Assembly: GCA_009914755.4 (NCBI GenBank)
Contig: CP086569.2
Location: forward strand, 18,528,001-18,592,000
DNA: 64,000 nt
Direction: 5' to 3'
DNA from: the human T2T-CHM13v2.0 reference genome, Homo sapiens
Each line of letters begins with the position of its first letter. Within the stretch, counting starts at the first letter, position 1. The position numbers and the translations under genes were made by a program. The notes below the pieces were generated by a model, which was not told the DNA's origin, made no database searches, and saw only the letters and a list, made by a program, of their open reading frames with translations. Positions 42,862-56,300 of this stretch are shown here, piece by piece.

Positions 42862-45800
42862 GAACCATGAGCATGAAATGTTCCTCCATTTGTTTGTGTC
42901 CTCTTTCATTTCTTTGAGCAGTGCTTTGTTGTTCTCCTTGAAGAGGTCCTTCATGTCCCCTGGAAGTTGGATTCCTAGGTATTTTATCCTCCTTGAAGCA
43001 ATTGTGAATGGGGGTTCACTCATGTTTTGCCTCTCTGTTTGTCTGTTATTGGTGTATAGGAATGCTTGTGATTTTTGCCCTTTGATTTTGTATCCTGAGA
43101 CTTTGCTGAAGTTGCTTATCTGCTTAAGGAGATTTTGGGTTGGGACAGTGGAGATTTCTAAGTATAAAATCATGTGATCTGCAAAGAGGGACAATTTGAC
43201 TTCCTCATTTCCTAATTGAATACCCTTTATTTCTTTCCCCTGCCTGATTGTTCTAGCCAGAACTTCCAACACTATATTGAATAGGAGTGGTAAGAGGGTA
43301 TCCCTGCCTTGGGCCAGTTTTCAAAGTGAATGCTTCCAGTTTTTGCCCACTCAATAGGATATTAGCTGTGGGTTTGTCATAAATAGCTCTTATTATTTTG
43401 AGATATGTCCCATCAATACCTAGTTTATTGAGAATTTTTAGCATGAAGGGCTGTTGAAATTTGTGAAAAGTCTATTCTGCATATATTGAGACAATAATGT
43501 GGTTTTTGTCTTTGGTTCTCTTTATATGATGGATTACGTTTATTGATTCCCATATGATGAACAGCCTTGCCTCCCAGGGATGAAGCCAACTGGATTGTGC
43601 AGGATAAGCTTTTTGATGTGCCGCTGGATTCGGTTTGGCAGTATTTTATTGAGGATTATTGCTTCAATATTCATCAGGGATATTGGTCTAAAATTCTCTT
43701 TTTTTGTTATGTCTCTGCCAGGCTTTGGTATCAGGATGATGCTGGCTTCATAAAATGAGTTAGGGAGGATTCCCTCTTTTCGTATTGATTGGAATAGTTT
43801 CAGAAAGAATGGTATCAGCTCCTCTTTGTACCTTTGGTAGAATTCAGCTGTGAATCCGTCTGGTCCTGCACTTTTTTTGTTAGTAGGCTACTAATTATCG
43901 TCTCCATTTCAGAGCCTCTTATTGGTCTATTCAGGGATTCAACGTCTCCCTGGTTTAGTCTTGGGAAGGTTTATTGCCTATATTCGATTCTTCTCTTTTC
44001 TTCTGTATTAGTCTTGCTAGTGGTCTATCAATTTTGTTGATCTTTCCAAAAAAACCAGCTCCTGGATTCATTTATTTTTGAAGGGGTTTTTTTTAACGTC
44101 TCTATCTCCTTCAGTTGTGTTCTGATCTTAGTTATTTCTCAACTTCTGCTAGCTTTTGAATGTGTTTGTTCTTGATTCTCTAGTTCTTTTAATTGTGATG
44201 TTAGGCTGTCAATTTTAGGTCTTTCCTGCTTTCTCTTGTGGGATTTGGTGCTATAAATTTCCCTCTGCACACTGCTTTAAATGTGTCCCAGAGGTTCTAG
44301 TATGTTTAGTCTTTGTTCTGTTTGGTTTCAAAGAACATCTTTATCTCTGCCTTCATTTCATTATTTACCCAGCAGTCATTCAGGAGCAGGTTGTTCAATA
44401 TCCATGTAGTTGTGTGGTTTTGAGTGTGTTTCTTAATCCTGAGTTCTAATTTGATTGCATTTTCATCAGAGAGAGAGATTGTTATAATATCTGTTCTTTT
44501 ACATTTGCTTAGGAGTGCTTTACTTCCAACTATGTGGTCAATTTTGGAATAAGTGTGATGTGGTGCTGAGAAGAATGTATATTGTTTTGATTTGGGGTGG
44601 AGAGTTCTGTAGATGTCTACTAGGTCCACTTGGTCCACAGCTGAGTTGAAGTCCTGGTTATCCTTGTTAAGTTTCTGTCTTGTTGCTCTGTCTATTTTTG
44701 ACAGTGGGGTGTTACTGTCTCCCGTTATTATTGTGTGGGATTCTAAGTCTCTTTGTAGTCTCTAAGAACTTGCCTTATGAATCTGGTTGCTTCTGTATTG
44801 GATGCATATGTATTTAGGATAGTTAGCTCTTCTTGATGAATTGATCACTTTACCATTATGTAATGGCCTTCTTTGTCTCTTTTGATCTTTGTTGGTTTAA
44901 AGTCTGTTTTATCAGAGACTAGGATTGAAAACCCTGCTTTTTGTTTGTTTGTTTTCCATTTGCTTGGTAGGTCTTCCTCCGTCCGGTTATTTTGAGCCAA
45001 TGTGTGTCTCTGCATATGAGATGGATCTCCTGAATACAACACACTGATGGGTCTTGACACTATTCAATTTGCCAGTCTGTCTTTTAATTGGGGCATTTAG
45101 CCCATTTATATTGATGGTTAATATTGTTATGTCTGAATTTGATACTGTCATTAGTATGTTAGCTGGTTATTTTTGCTCGTTAGTTGATGCAGTCTCTTCC
45201 TAGTATTGATGGTCTACAGTTTAGCATGTTTTTGCAGTGGCTGTTACTGTTTGTTCCTTTTCATTATTAGTGCTTCCTTCAGGAGCTCTTGTAGGGCAGG
45301 CCTGGTGGTGACAAAATCTCTTAGCATTTGCTTGTCTGTAAAGGATTTTATTTCTCCTTCACTTATGAAGCTTAGTTTGGCTGGATATGAAATTCTGGAT
45401 TGAAAATTCTTTCCTTTAAGAATGTTGAATATAGGCCCCCATTCTCTTTGGCTTGTAGAGTTTCTGCCAAGAGATCAGCTGTTGGTCTGATGGACTTCCC
45501 TTTGTGGGAAACCCAACTTTTCTCTCTGGCTTCCCTTAACATTTTTTCCTTCATTTCAGCCTTGGTGAATCTGACAATTATGTGTCTTGTGTTTGCTCTT
45601 CTTGAGGAATATCTTTACAGCATTCTCCCTATTTCCTGAATTTGAATGTTGGTCTGCCTTGCTAGATTGGGGAAGTTGTCCCAGAAAATATCCTGCCTAG
45701 TGTTTTCAAACTTGGTTCCATTCTCCCTGTCACTTTCAGGTACACTAATCAGATGTAGATTTGGTCTTTTTTCATAGTCCCGTATTTCTTGGAGGCTTTA

Positions 45801-47270
45801 TTTGTTTCTTTTTACTCTTTATTTTCTAAACTTCTGTTCTTGCATTGTTTCATTAATTTTATCTTCTATCACTGATATGCTTTCTTCCATTTGATTGAAT
45901 CAGCTTTTGAAGCTTGTGCACGAATCACATAGTTCTCGTGCCATGGTTTTCAGCTCCATCAGGTCATTTAAGGTCTTCTCTATGCTGTTTATTCTAGTTA
46001 GCCAATCGTCTAATCTTTATTCTAAGTTTTAACTTCATTGCAATGTGTTCAAACATCCTTCTTTAGCTCGGAAAATTTGTTATTACCAATCTTCTGAAGC
46101 CTACTTCTGTCAACTCATCAAAGTCATTCTCCCTCCAGCTTTGTTCTGTTGCTGAGGAGGAGCTTGTTTTCCTTTGGAGGAGAAAAGACACTGATTTTTA
46201 GAATTTTCAGCTTCTTTGCTCTGGTTTCTGCCCATCTTTGTGGTTTTATCTACCTTTGGTTTTTGATGATGGTGAACTTCAGATGGGGCTTTGGCATGGA
46301 TGTTCTTTTTGTTGATGTTGATGCTATTCCTTTCTGTTTGTTAGTTTTCCTTCTAAAAGCCAGGGCCCTCAGCTTCAGCTCTGTTGGCCTTTGCTGGAAG
46401 TCTACTCCAGGTCCTCTTTGTCTGGGTATCACCAGTGGTGGCTGTAGAAGAGCAAATACTGCACAAAAAGAAATGTTGCTGCCTGATCTTTCCTCTGGAA
46501 GCTTCGTCTTAGAGGGGCACCCAGCTGTATGAGGTGTCAGTCAGCCCCTACTGGGAGTTGTCTCTCAGTTAGGCTACTTGGGGGTCAGGGAATGACTTGA
46601 GGAGGTAGTCTGTCCATTCTCAGATCCCAAACTTCATGCTGGAAGAACCACTACTCTCTTCAAGGCTGTCACACAGGGACTTATGTCTGCAGAAGTTTCT
46701 GCTGCCTTTTGTTCAGCTATATCCTGCCCCCAGTGGTGGAGTCCACAGTAGCAGGCAGGCCTCATTGAGCTGTGATGGGCCCCACCCAGTTTGAAGTTCC
46801 CAGCTGCTTTGTTTACCTACTGAAGCCTCAGCAATGGTGTATACCACTCCCTCAGCCTTGCAGTTGCCTTGCAGCTTGATCTTGGACTGCTGTGTTAGCA
46901 GTGAGCAAAGCTCTGTGGGTGTCAGACCCTCTGAGCCAGGAATGGAATGTAATTTCCTGTTGTGCCATTTGCTAAGACTGTTGGAAAAGTGCAGTATTAG
47001 GATGGGAGTGTCCTGATTTTTCAGTACCATCTGTCATGTCTTCCCTTGGCTAGGAAAGGGAATTTTGCGACCCCCTGTGCTTCCCAGGTGAGGCAATGTC
47101 CCACCCTTCTTCAGCTCACACTCCATGGGCTGCACCCACTGTCCAAAAGGCCCCAGAGAGATGAACCCAGTACCTCAGATGGAAATGTAGATATTACCTG
47201 TCTTCTGTGTCACTCTGGGAACTGTAGACTGGACCTGTTCCTATTCGGCCATCTTGGATCACTCCCTCAC
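42862..47270 (-). mobile_element. L1 (L1PA-type, fairly close to L1HS) with a complete 5' UTR start but truncated inside ORF2, after the reverse-transcriptase FADDM region at roughly aa 780. It consists of 5'UTR, ORF1 and about two thirds of ORF2. All reading frames are broken.
   Basis: ORF 42769..43272(-) reads [97 protein letters not shown], which is the L1 ORF2 reverse-transcriptase domain. ORF 44306..44638(-) carries ..[40 protein letters not shown]..; ORF 44845..45060(-) carries the endonuclease domain; ORF 45372..45554(-) carries the ORF1 C-terminus. Positions 47200-47270 are the reverse complement of the L1 5' start ggaggagccaagatggccgaataggaacag. Confidence 0.92.
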
Positions 47271-48368
47271 TTCTTTCTAGTTTTTAAATGGAGATGTTTC
47301 GTTTCTCCCCATATGCCTCAAAGGGCTCCCAAATGTTTTATTGCACATTCTCCTAAAAGAGGGTTTTCAACCTGCTGAATCAACAGAAAGCTTTAACTCT
47401 GTGGAATGAATCCACAAGTCACAAAACAGTTTCACAAATAGCTTCTTTCTAGTTTTTATCTCTTGAAATTATGTTTTTCTGCATAAAACTCAAAGGTCTC
47501 CCAAATATGCCTTCACAGATTCTCCAAAAACAGTGTTCCCAACCTGCTGAATAAAAAGGAAATTTTAATTCTGTGACATGAATCCAAATATCAGAAAGCA
47601 GTTTCACAGATAGCTTCTTTATAATTTTCACCTGGGGATATTCAGTTTCTCCCCAAGGACTCAATGGGCTCAAAAAGTCCCTTTGGAGATTCATTAAAAA
47701 GAGTGTTTACAACTTACTGAATCAAAAGGAAGGTTTAACTCTTTGAGATCAATCCAAATATTACAAAGCAGTTTCACAGATAGCTTCTTTCTAGTTTCTA
47801 TCTGAGGATACTTTGTTTTTCACTTATGCTTCAGTGAGCTCCAATATGTGCCTTTGCAGATTCCACAAAAAGAGTGTTTACAACCTGCTGAATGAAAAGA
47901 AAGGTTTAACTCTGTTAGATGAATCTACACATCAGAAAGTAGTTTTACAGAGAGATTCTAGTTTTTTTCTGAAGATATTTGTTTTTTTTCCCAGAGGCTT
48001 CAATGGCCTTCCAAATGTCTTTTTGCAGATTTTCCAAAAACAGTGTTTCTAACTTCTGAATCAAAAGGCAGCTTTAACCCTGTGAGATAAACCCCGATAT
48101 CACAAGGCAGTTTCACAGATAGCTACTTTCTAGTTTTTTTCTGGAGATATTCAGTTTTTCCTCATAGGCCTCAGTGCACTCTCAAATGTTTCATTGCAGA
48201 TTCTCCAAAAAGAGTGTTTCAAACCTGCTGAATCAAAAGAAAGTTTTATCTCTGTGAGGTGAATCCACACATCATAAAACAGTTCCACGGATAGCTTCTT
48301 TCTAGTTTTTACCTATGAATATAATGTTTTTCCCCATAGGTTTCAGCAGACTCCAAAATTTTCCTTCA
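47271..48368 (-). repeat. Alpha satellite family B, a segment between the L1 and the HERV fragment
   Basis: ..tttctagtttttaaatggagatgtttcgtttctccccatatgcctcaaagggctcccaaatgttttattgcacattctcctaaaagagggttttcaacctgctgaatcaacagaaagctttaactctgtggaatgaatccacaagtcacaaaacagtttcacaaatagcttc.. Confidence 0.9.
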
Positions 48369-50336
48369 CGGATCACTTTCTTGACTTGATAATCCAAAGT
48401 GGCCTTTTGAGCTGTGTCTTGCAAAAGGGTGACAAAATCTGGATAAAGCTCTCTTGGAGCCTGTTGAACTGAGTTAGAAGAAGGGTAAGTAGTACCAGGG
48501 TCATGAACTTTTTCGAGGCTCTTAGGCATATATTTCTGAGATGATCAACAGCTTCAACACCCATTACCATTGGTTGATTTCCAGTACCTCATGCCTGTCC
48601 AATTCCAAGCAATTGATCAGATGTGATATTAATGGGAGGTTAGGCTTGAGCATTTCTGCATGCCTGATTTGTTGCTTCATCCATCCACCAGGTTTTAAAT
48701 TACAGAAATTGAGAGAGGGACAGGGTTGATCAGGCTAATGACTTCTAATCCATATTAAATGTTGGTTATAAGCCACAGATTGTAATAAGGAATGAACATA
48801 GGAGAATTTGGTCCATATTGTCCAATTGATTGCTTTAAGTCTTTTAATATTTTAAGAGGAAACAGCTCCCAGTGTGCTTGAGCATGTTCTCTGGCCTCCT
48901 CCCTGAATCATAATTTGTATTTGGGTTGGCTTGGAGCATTCCTTTACCATAATTAACTGGTGGACAAGCCGCGATCATTCTCTCACTGTAATTGGCTGTT
49001 GGGCAAGCCTGAAGCTTCCCTTCACCATAGTTAATGGTGGGACATGCAACATTTAGAGTAGTAAGCCACATCTCAGGCTCCCTTTCCAAAAATTCATAAG
49101 GCTGAGGCAGGGGTGGCCATTCCAGGCCTTCCCTTAAAGGCACAGTAGGTGGTACTGTTTCTGCAGTAGTTGGAACTGTTCCTTTCTTAATTTTTTGGAG
49201 GTTAGCATATATAGCTTCCCATTTCTCCCCCTTTTTAAACCTAGACTGTGATGGTTCACTTTGCTGATCATCAGACTTCTGATTATTAAACTTTTCTACG
49301 TCATCCTGAAACTCCTACTCCTTCCTCCTCAGTGAGGAAGCACTTCAGTGCTGTTTTAGTTGCCAACCACACAGACCAAGTGGAGAAAGGAATGTTGTGG
49401 CTCTCTTGCTGTGCTGGTTTTAAGTCTGAACCAACCTTATACCAATCTTTTATATTCCTGGTGCCATATTCTGGGAACCAAGGAGAATACTCTTCTATGA
49501 GATGGAACAAAGATGTGAGATTTCAGGTACTCACAATTGTCCCACTGTGACACAATAACTGTGGCACCAGGCTTAAGTAATTAGTAAACTTACTTTCAGC
49601 CTGATCCATATTTTCCTGAGGTTACCATGGAATTCTCCATAGATCCTGAAGTAAAAACGTACGTGGGTGTCCTTTGTCAGTCACGCTCCACTTTCCATGC
49701 TCTGGCATTTCTTCACTGGATTATTTGTAGATATTACAGGGATACCTGCGTTGGGTGCCAGATATTGGGGAAACCAGCCCCGCACTACCCAGTGGGTACA
49801 CTGACTCTGGTGGAGAAAAAAGAGTTAGACAGAATAAGTGTTTAAAATGTGGGTCTAGGGGACTGGAGCATTGAAGGTTTGCTCACAGCCCAGAGCTCTC
49901 AGGCTCCACACAATCTATTGATATACAGGCTGTTCTTACAGCAGATGAGAGGGGGAGCAAGGAATGAAGAAAAGGATTAATCAGTGAAGGAGATCTTGTG
50001 AGTCATTTGATAAGACTACAGCAGTGGTGATTTCTATGTATTTCCTTGTGGAGAGGAGTGTGTCTAAACTACTTAAGATCTTTAACTTATTGGGACTGAA
50101 ACAGGTGGGAGCAGGTTTTAGGAGAAGCCCAGATGTTTGACTATACTCCACTGCTTCAAGGGAGTATTATCTCCCTGAGAAAACTGTGGAATGCTGCTGA
50201 GTGGTTATGCTCTAGAGGCATAAAAACCTGAAGGTAATAAGGAGACGTTTTTCCTCAGAGGCCACCCATGGCTTTCCATGGGTGTCTCACACAGGGAAGA
50301 CCAACACAACTGGCACCCCAGAAACTCTCTTTCCCA
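48369..50336 (-). mobile_element. HERV-K-like (HML-family betaretroviral) provirus fragment. The 5' LTR runs ~49763-50336, the Lys-type PBS ~49745-49762, the leader follows, and gag runs from the ATG at ~49609 down to 48369. It is truncated within the gag capsid region at the satellite junction, and gag carries stops.
   Basis: The minus-strand translation reads MDQAESKFTNYLSLVPQLLCHSGTIVST*..SLFHLIEEYSPWFPEYGTRNIKDWYKVGSDLKPAQQESHNIPFSTWSVWLATKTALKCFLTEEEGVGVS, against HERV-K gag MGQTKSKIKSKYASYLSFIKILLKRGGVKVSTKNLIKLFQIIEQFCPWFPEQGTLDLKDWKRIGKELKQAG..IIPLTVWNDWAIIKAALEPFQTEEDSVSVS. The proline/tyrosine repeat PTINYGEGKLQA/PTANYSERMIAA/PPVNYGKGMLQA corresponds to HERV-K QPPVAYQYWPPAELQY.. The motif ..LRNICLRA..DPGTTYPSSNSVQQAPRELYPDFVTLLQDTAQK corresponds to VRAICLRAWEKIQDPGSTCPSFNTVRQGSKEPYPDFVARLQDVAQK. 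The reverse complement of 49745-49762 is tggcacccaacgcagg, close to the tRNA-Lys PBS tggcgcccaacgtgggg. The LTR starts tgtggg (reverse complement of cccaca at 50331-50336). Confidence 0.85.
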
Positions 50337-53300
50337 CATTTCCAACCAGATAAATCAAAAGAAAGTTTTAACTTTGTGAGACAAATCCACACATCAGAAA
50401 GCAATTTCACAGACAGTTTCTTTCTAATTTTTTGCTGGGGATGTTGGGTTTTTCCACATAGGCCTGAATGGACTCCCAAATGTCCCTATGCAGATTCTCC
50501 AAAAAGAGTGTTTTTAATCTGCTGAATCCAAAGAAAGGTTTAACTCTGTGAGATAAATCCACACATGAACAAAAGCAGTTTCACAGATAGCTTCTTTCTA
50601 GTTTTTACCTGAGGATATTTGTTTTTTTCTCAGTAGACCTTAATGGGCTGCCAAAAATCCCTTCATAGATTCTCCAAAAACAGTGTTTTTAACCTGCTGA
50701 ATCGAAAGAAAGATTTGACTCTATGAGATGAATCCACACATCACAAAGCTGTTGCACAGATTCTTTCTAGTTTTTCCTGTGGAAATTCAGTTTCTTCTCA
50801 TGGGCCTCAATGGGCTCCCAAAAATCCCTTTGCAGATTCTCCAAAAAGAGGGTTTCCAACTTGCTAAATCTAAAGAAACGTTTAATTCAGTAAGATGAAT
50901 CCACACATCATAAAGAAGTTTCATAGAAAGTTTTTTCTAGTTTTTACCTGGGGATATTGGGTTTTTCCCTGTATGCCTCAATGGGCTCCAAATGTCCCTT
51001 TGCAAATTTTCCAAAAAGATTTTTTCCAACCTGTTGAATCAAAGAAAACGCCTAACTCTGTGAGAAGAATCGACAAACCACAAAGTAGTTTTACAGATAG
51101 CTTCTTTCTGGTTTTTACCTGACAATATTTGGTTTTTCACATTGGCCTCAATGGGCTTCCAAACGTCCCTTTGCAGATCCTCCATAAAGAGTGTTTCAAC
51201 CTGCTGAGTCAAAAAACAGGTTTATCTCTATGAGATGAATCCACACATGGCAAAGCAGTTTCACAGATACCTTCTTTCTAGTTTTTTACCTAGGGATTTT
51301 TGGATTTTCCCCATAGGCTTCAATGGGCTCACAAATATCCCTTAGCAGAATCTCTAAAAAAGAGTGTTTCCAAACTGCTGAATCAAAGGAAACTTTTAAC
51401 CCTGTGAGATGAATCTACACATCACAAATGAGTTTCACAGACAGCTTTTTTCTTGTTTTTACCTGGGAATATTCAGTTTTTCCACATGGGCCTCAATGGG
51501 CTCCTAAATATCCCTTTGCATATACTCCAACAAGACATTTTCTTTTCTTTTTTTTTTTTTTTTGGAGGTGGAGTCTTGCTCTGTCACCCAGGCTGGAGTG
51601 CAGTGGTGCAATTTCCCACTCACTGCAAGCTCCACCTCCTGGTTACATGCCATTCTCCTGCCTCAGACTCCCAAGTAGCTGGGACTACAGGCACCCACCA
51701 CTATTTCTGGCTAAAATTTTTGTATTTTTATTAGAGATGGGGTGTCACCATGTTATCCAGGACTGTGTCGATCTCCTGACCTTGTGATCCACCTGCCTCA
51801 GCCTCCCAAAGTCCTGGGATTAGAGGCATGAGCCACCCCACCTGGCTGAGATTTTCTAACTTGCTGAATCAAAAGAAAGGTTTAATTCTGAGATGAATCC
51901 ACAAATCACAAAGCAGTTTCACACATAGCTTCTTTCAAGTTTTTACCTGAGAACATTCTGACTTTCCCCATGATCTTTAATGGGATCTAAAATGTCGCTT
52001 CACAGATTCTCCAAAAAAAAAAAAAAAAAAAAAAAAAAGTGTTTTCAACCTGTCCAATCAAAAGAAAGGATTAACTCTGTTTGCTGAATCTGCAAATCAC
52101 AAAGCAGTTTCACAGACAGCTTCTTTCTAGTTTTTATCATTGGATATTCCATTTTTCCCCATTGGCCTCAATGGACTTCCAAATGTCCCTTCACAGATAC
52201 TCCAAAAAGAGTGTTTCCAACCTGCTGAATCCAAAGAAAGTTTTAACTCTGTGAGATGAATCCACATATCACAAGGTTGTTTGACAGACAGCTTGTTTTG
52301 TTTCTACCTGGGTACATTCTGTTTTTCCACATGGGCCCCTAGGGCTCCTAAGTGTCCCTTTGTGGATTCCCCAAAAAGAGTGTTTCCATCCTGCTGAATC
52401 AAAAGAAAGTTTTAACTCTGTTAGATGAATCCACACATCACAAAGCAGTTTCATAGATACCTTCCTTCGAGTTTTTGCCTGGGGATATTTTGTTTTTCTC
52501 CATGGGCCTGAATGAGCTCCCAAATATCCCTTCGTAGATTCTCCAAAAAACATGTTTCCAACCTGCTGAATCAAAAGAAAGATTTAACTCTGTGAGATGA
52601 TCCACACCTCATGAAGCCGTTTCTCATACATCTTATTTCCAATTTTTATCTGTGATATTCAGTTTTTCCTCTAGGCTTCAATGGGGTTCCAAATGTCCCT
52701 AAACAGATTTCCCAAAAAGAGTGTTTCCAACCTGCTGAATAGAAAGGACGTTTTACCTCTGTTAAATGAATCCACACATCACAAAGTAGTTTTACAGATA
52801 TTCTTCCTAGTATTTACCTAGGGATATTCAGTTTTTCCCCATAAGATTCAATGGGCTCCCGAATGTTCCATTGTAGATTCTCCAGAAAGAGTGTCTTTTA
52901 CCTGCTGACTCAAAAGAAATGTTTATCTCTGTGAGATGAATCCACACATCACAAAGCAGGTTCTTTGATAGCTTTTTTCTATTTTTTACCTGGGGATATT
53001 GTGTTTTTCCCCATAATCTTCAATGGGTTCCCAAAGTCTCTTCTCAGATTCTCAAAAAGAGTGTTTCCAAATTGCTGAATTGAAAGAAACGTTTAACACT
53101 GAGAAATGAAGCACACATCACAAAGCAGTCATACTGATAGCTTCTTTCTAGTTGTTACCTGGGTATATTTTGTTTTTCCCCATGGGTCTCACTGTGCTTC
53201 CAAATTTTCTTTTACACATTCTCCAAAAAAAACTGCTTCCAACCTGCTGAATCAGAAGAAACGTCTAACTCTGCAAGATGACTCCACACATCACAAAGCA

Positions 53301-56300
53301 GTTTCACAGATATATTATTTCTAGGTTTGGGGAGGCATTGGGGTTTTCCTTATAGGCCTCTATGGGCTCCCAAATGTCTTTTCACAGATTCTCCGGAAAG
53401 CATGATTCCAACATCCTGAATCAAAAGAAATGTTTAACTCTGTGAAATGAATCCACATCAAATAAGGCAGTTTCACAGATACTTTCTTTCTAGTTTTTAC
53501 CTAAGGATATGCAGTTTTTCCCTTCACAGATTGCTCAAAAAGAGCATTTCCAATCTTTTGAATCAAAAGAAATGTTTCACTCTGTGAGATGAATCCACAC
53601 ATCATAAAGCAGTTTCACAGATAACTTCTTTCTAGTTTTTACCTACAGATATTCAGTTTTTCCCTGTTGGCCTCAATGGTCTTCCAAATGTCCCTTTGGG
53701 AATTTTCCAAAAAATGGGTGTCCAACCTGCTGAATCAAAAGAAATATTTAATTCTGTGAGATGAATCCAGACATCACAAAGCAGTTTCACAGACAGCTTC
53801 TTTCTAGTTTTTTCCTGGGGATATTCTGTTTTTCCCCATTGGCCTCAAAAGTCTCCAAAATGTTCCTTTGCAGATTCTCCAAAAATAATGTTTCCCACCT
53901 ACTGAATCAAAGCAAAATTTAACACTGTGAGATGAATCCACACAACATAAAGCAATTTCACAGGTAGATTCTTTCTAGCTTATATCTGCGGATATTCGAT
54001 TATTTATCTTAAGCCTCAAAGCGTTCCCAAATGTCCCCTCACAGGTCTCCCGAAAGAGTGTTTTCAACTTGCGGAGTTAAAGAAAGGTTTACCTCTGTGA
54101 GATGAATCCACACATCACAACACAGTTTCATATATAGCTTCTTTCCAATTTTGATATGGGGATATTTTGCTTTTACTCTAGGCTTCAATGGGCTTTCAAA
54201 TATCCCATCACAGATTCTCCAAATACAGTGTTTTTTAACTGCTGAATCAAAAGAAAGGTTTAACTCTGTGAGATCAATCTGTACATCACAAAGCAGTTTC
54301 ACCTACATTTCTTTTCCAATTTTTATCTGGGGATACGTAGTTTTTCACCTAGGCCTCAATGGGCTACCAAATGTTGCTTCACAGATCCTCCAAAAAGATT
54401 GTTTCCAATCCTATGAATCAAAAGGAAGATTTAACTATTTAGATGAATCCACACATCACAAAGCAGTTTCACAGATAGCTTCTTTCCAGTTTTTTTTTTT
54501 CTGAAGATATTCAGTTTTTCCCCATAGGCCTCAAAGGACTCCAAAATGTCCCTTCACTGATTCTCCAAAAAGAATGTTTCCAACCTGCTGTATCAAAGTA
54601 AGGTTTAACACTGTGAGATGAGTCTGCACATCACAAAGCAGTTTCACAGACAGCTACTTTCTAGTCCTCTAATGGGACATATTCATTTGGACCCCACAGG
54701 CCTAGATGAGCTTCCAAGTGTTCCATTGCACATTCCCCAAAAAGAGTGTTTCCAACCTGCTCAATCAAAAGAAATATTTAATTCTGTGAGATGAAACCAC
54801 ATATTACAAAGCAGTACACAGATAGCTTCTTTTTAGTTTTTACATGGTGACATTCAATTTATCCCCATGGGCCACAATGGTCTCCCAAATGTCCTTTTGC
54901 AGATTCTCCCAAAAGAGTTTTTCCAACCTGCTGGATCAGAAGTGTTTAATTCTGTGCAATGAATCCTAATGTCACAAAAAAAAAATCTTCACAGGAAGTT
55001 TCTTTCAAATTTTACCTGGAAATACTGTTTTTTTTTTTTCTCCTTATAGGTCTGAAACGGCTCCCAAATATCCCTTCACAGATCCTCCAGAGTGTTTCCA
55101 ACTTCCTGAATCAAAGGAAACATTTAACACTGCGAGATGAATCAACAAACTACAAAGCTGTTATACAGATAGCTTCTTTCCAGTTTTTACCTGGATACAT
55201 TCAGTTTTATTCTTGAGCCTCAATGGGCTCCCAACTCTCTCTTTGTATATTCTTCAAAAACAGTGATTTCAACCTGCTGAATCAAAAGAAAAGTTTAACT
55301 CTGTGAGATAATCCACACATCAAAAAGCAGTTTCACAGATAGTTTCTTTCTAGTATTTTACTGGGGGTACTCCTTCTAGTATTTTACTGGGGGTACTCCT
55401 TATTTCCACATGGGAAGCAATGGGCTCCAAAACGTCCCTTCACTGATTCTCCAGAAAGACTGCTTTCAACTGCTGAATCAAAAGAAAGTTTTAACTCTGT
55501 GAGATGAACCCACACATCAAAAAGAAATTTCACAGATAGATTCTTTCTTTTTCTGGCAATATTCAGTTACTTTCCATAGGCCCCAAAGGGCTCCCAAATG
55601 TCCCCCAGCACATTCTTCACAAAGAGAGTTTCCAACCTACTGAATCAAAATAAAGGTTTAACTCTGTGAGATGAATCCACATATCACAAAGCAGTTTCAT
55701 AGATAGCTTCTTTCTAGTTTTTAACTGGGAATTTTTTTTATTGGTCTCAATTGGCTCCAAAACGTCCTTTTGAGATTCTACCAAAAAAGTGTTTCCAACC
55801 TGCTGAATAAAGGGAAACGTTTAACTCTGTGAGGTGAATCCAAAAACTACAAAGCTGTTATACATATAGCTTCTTTCTAGGTTTTACATTGAGATGTTGT
55901 ACTTTTCACATTGGCCTCAATGGGCTCCCAAAAGTTTCTTTGCAGAACCCCCAAAAGAGCATTTCCAACCTGCTTAATCAAAAACAAACAAACAAAAGGT
56001 TTAACTCAGTGAGGTGAATGCACATTTCACAAAGCAGTTTCACAGATTGCTTCTTTCTAGTTTTTATCTGGTGATATTTGCTTTTTCACCATAGTCCTCA
56101 ATGAGATCCCAAATGTCCCTTTGCATATTCAACAAAGAGACTCTTTCCAATTGCTGAATGAAAAGAATGGCCTATCTCTGTGAGATGAATCCACACATCA
56201 TAAAGCAGTTACACAGATAGCTTCTCTTTAATTTTACCTGTGGATATTTTTTCCTATGTGCTTCATTGGGCTCCCAAATGTCCCTCTGCAGATTCTCCAA

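Noticed and set aside
42769-45554. L1 ORF2 and ORF1 segments read as possible intact transposon proteins (167-aa RT ORF, 110-aa ORF and so on)
   Set aside because: The L1 ORFs are fragmented by multiple stops and frameshifts, and the element lacks the ORF2 C-terminus and the 3' UTR. They are relics, not coding genes. They are reported once as a mobile element only.
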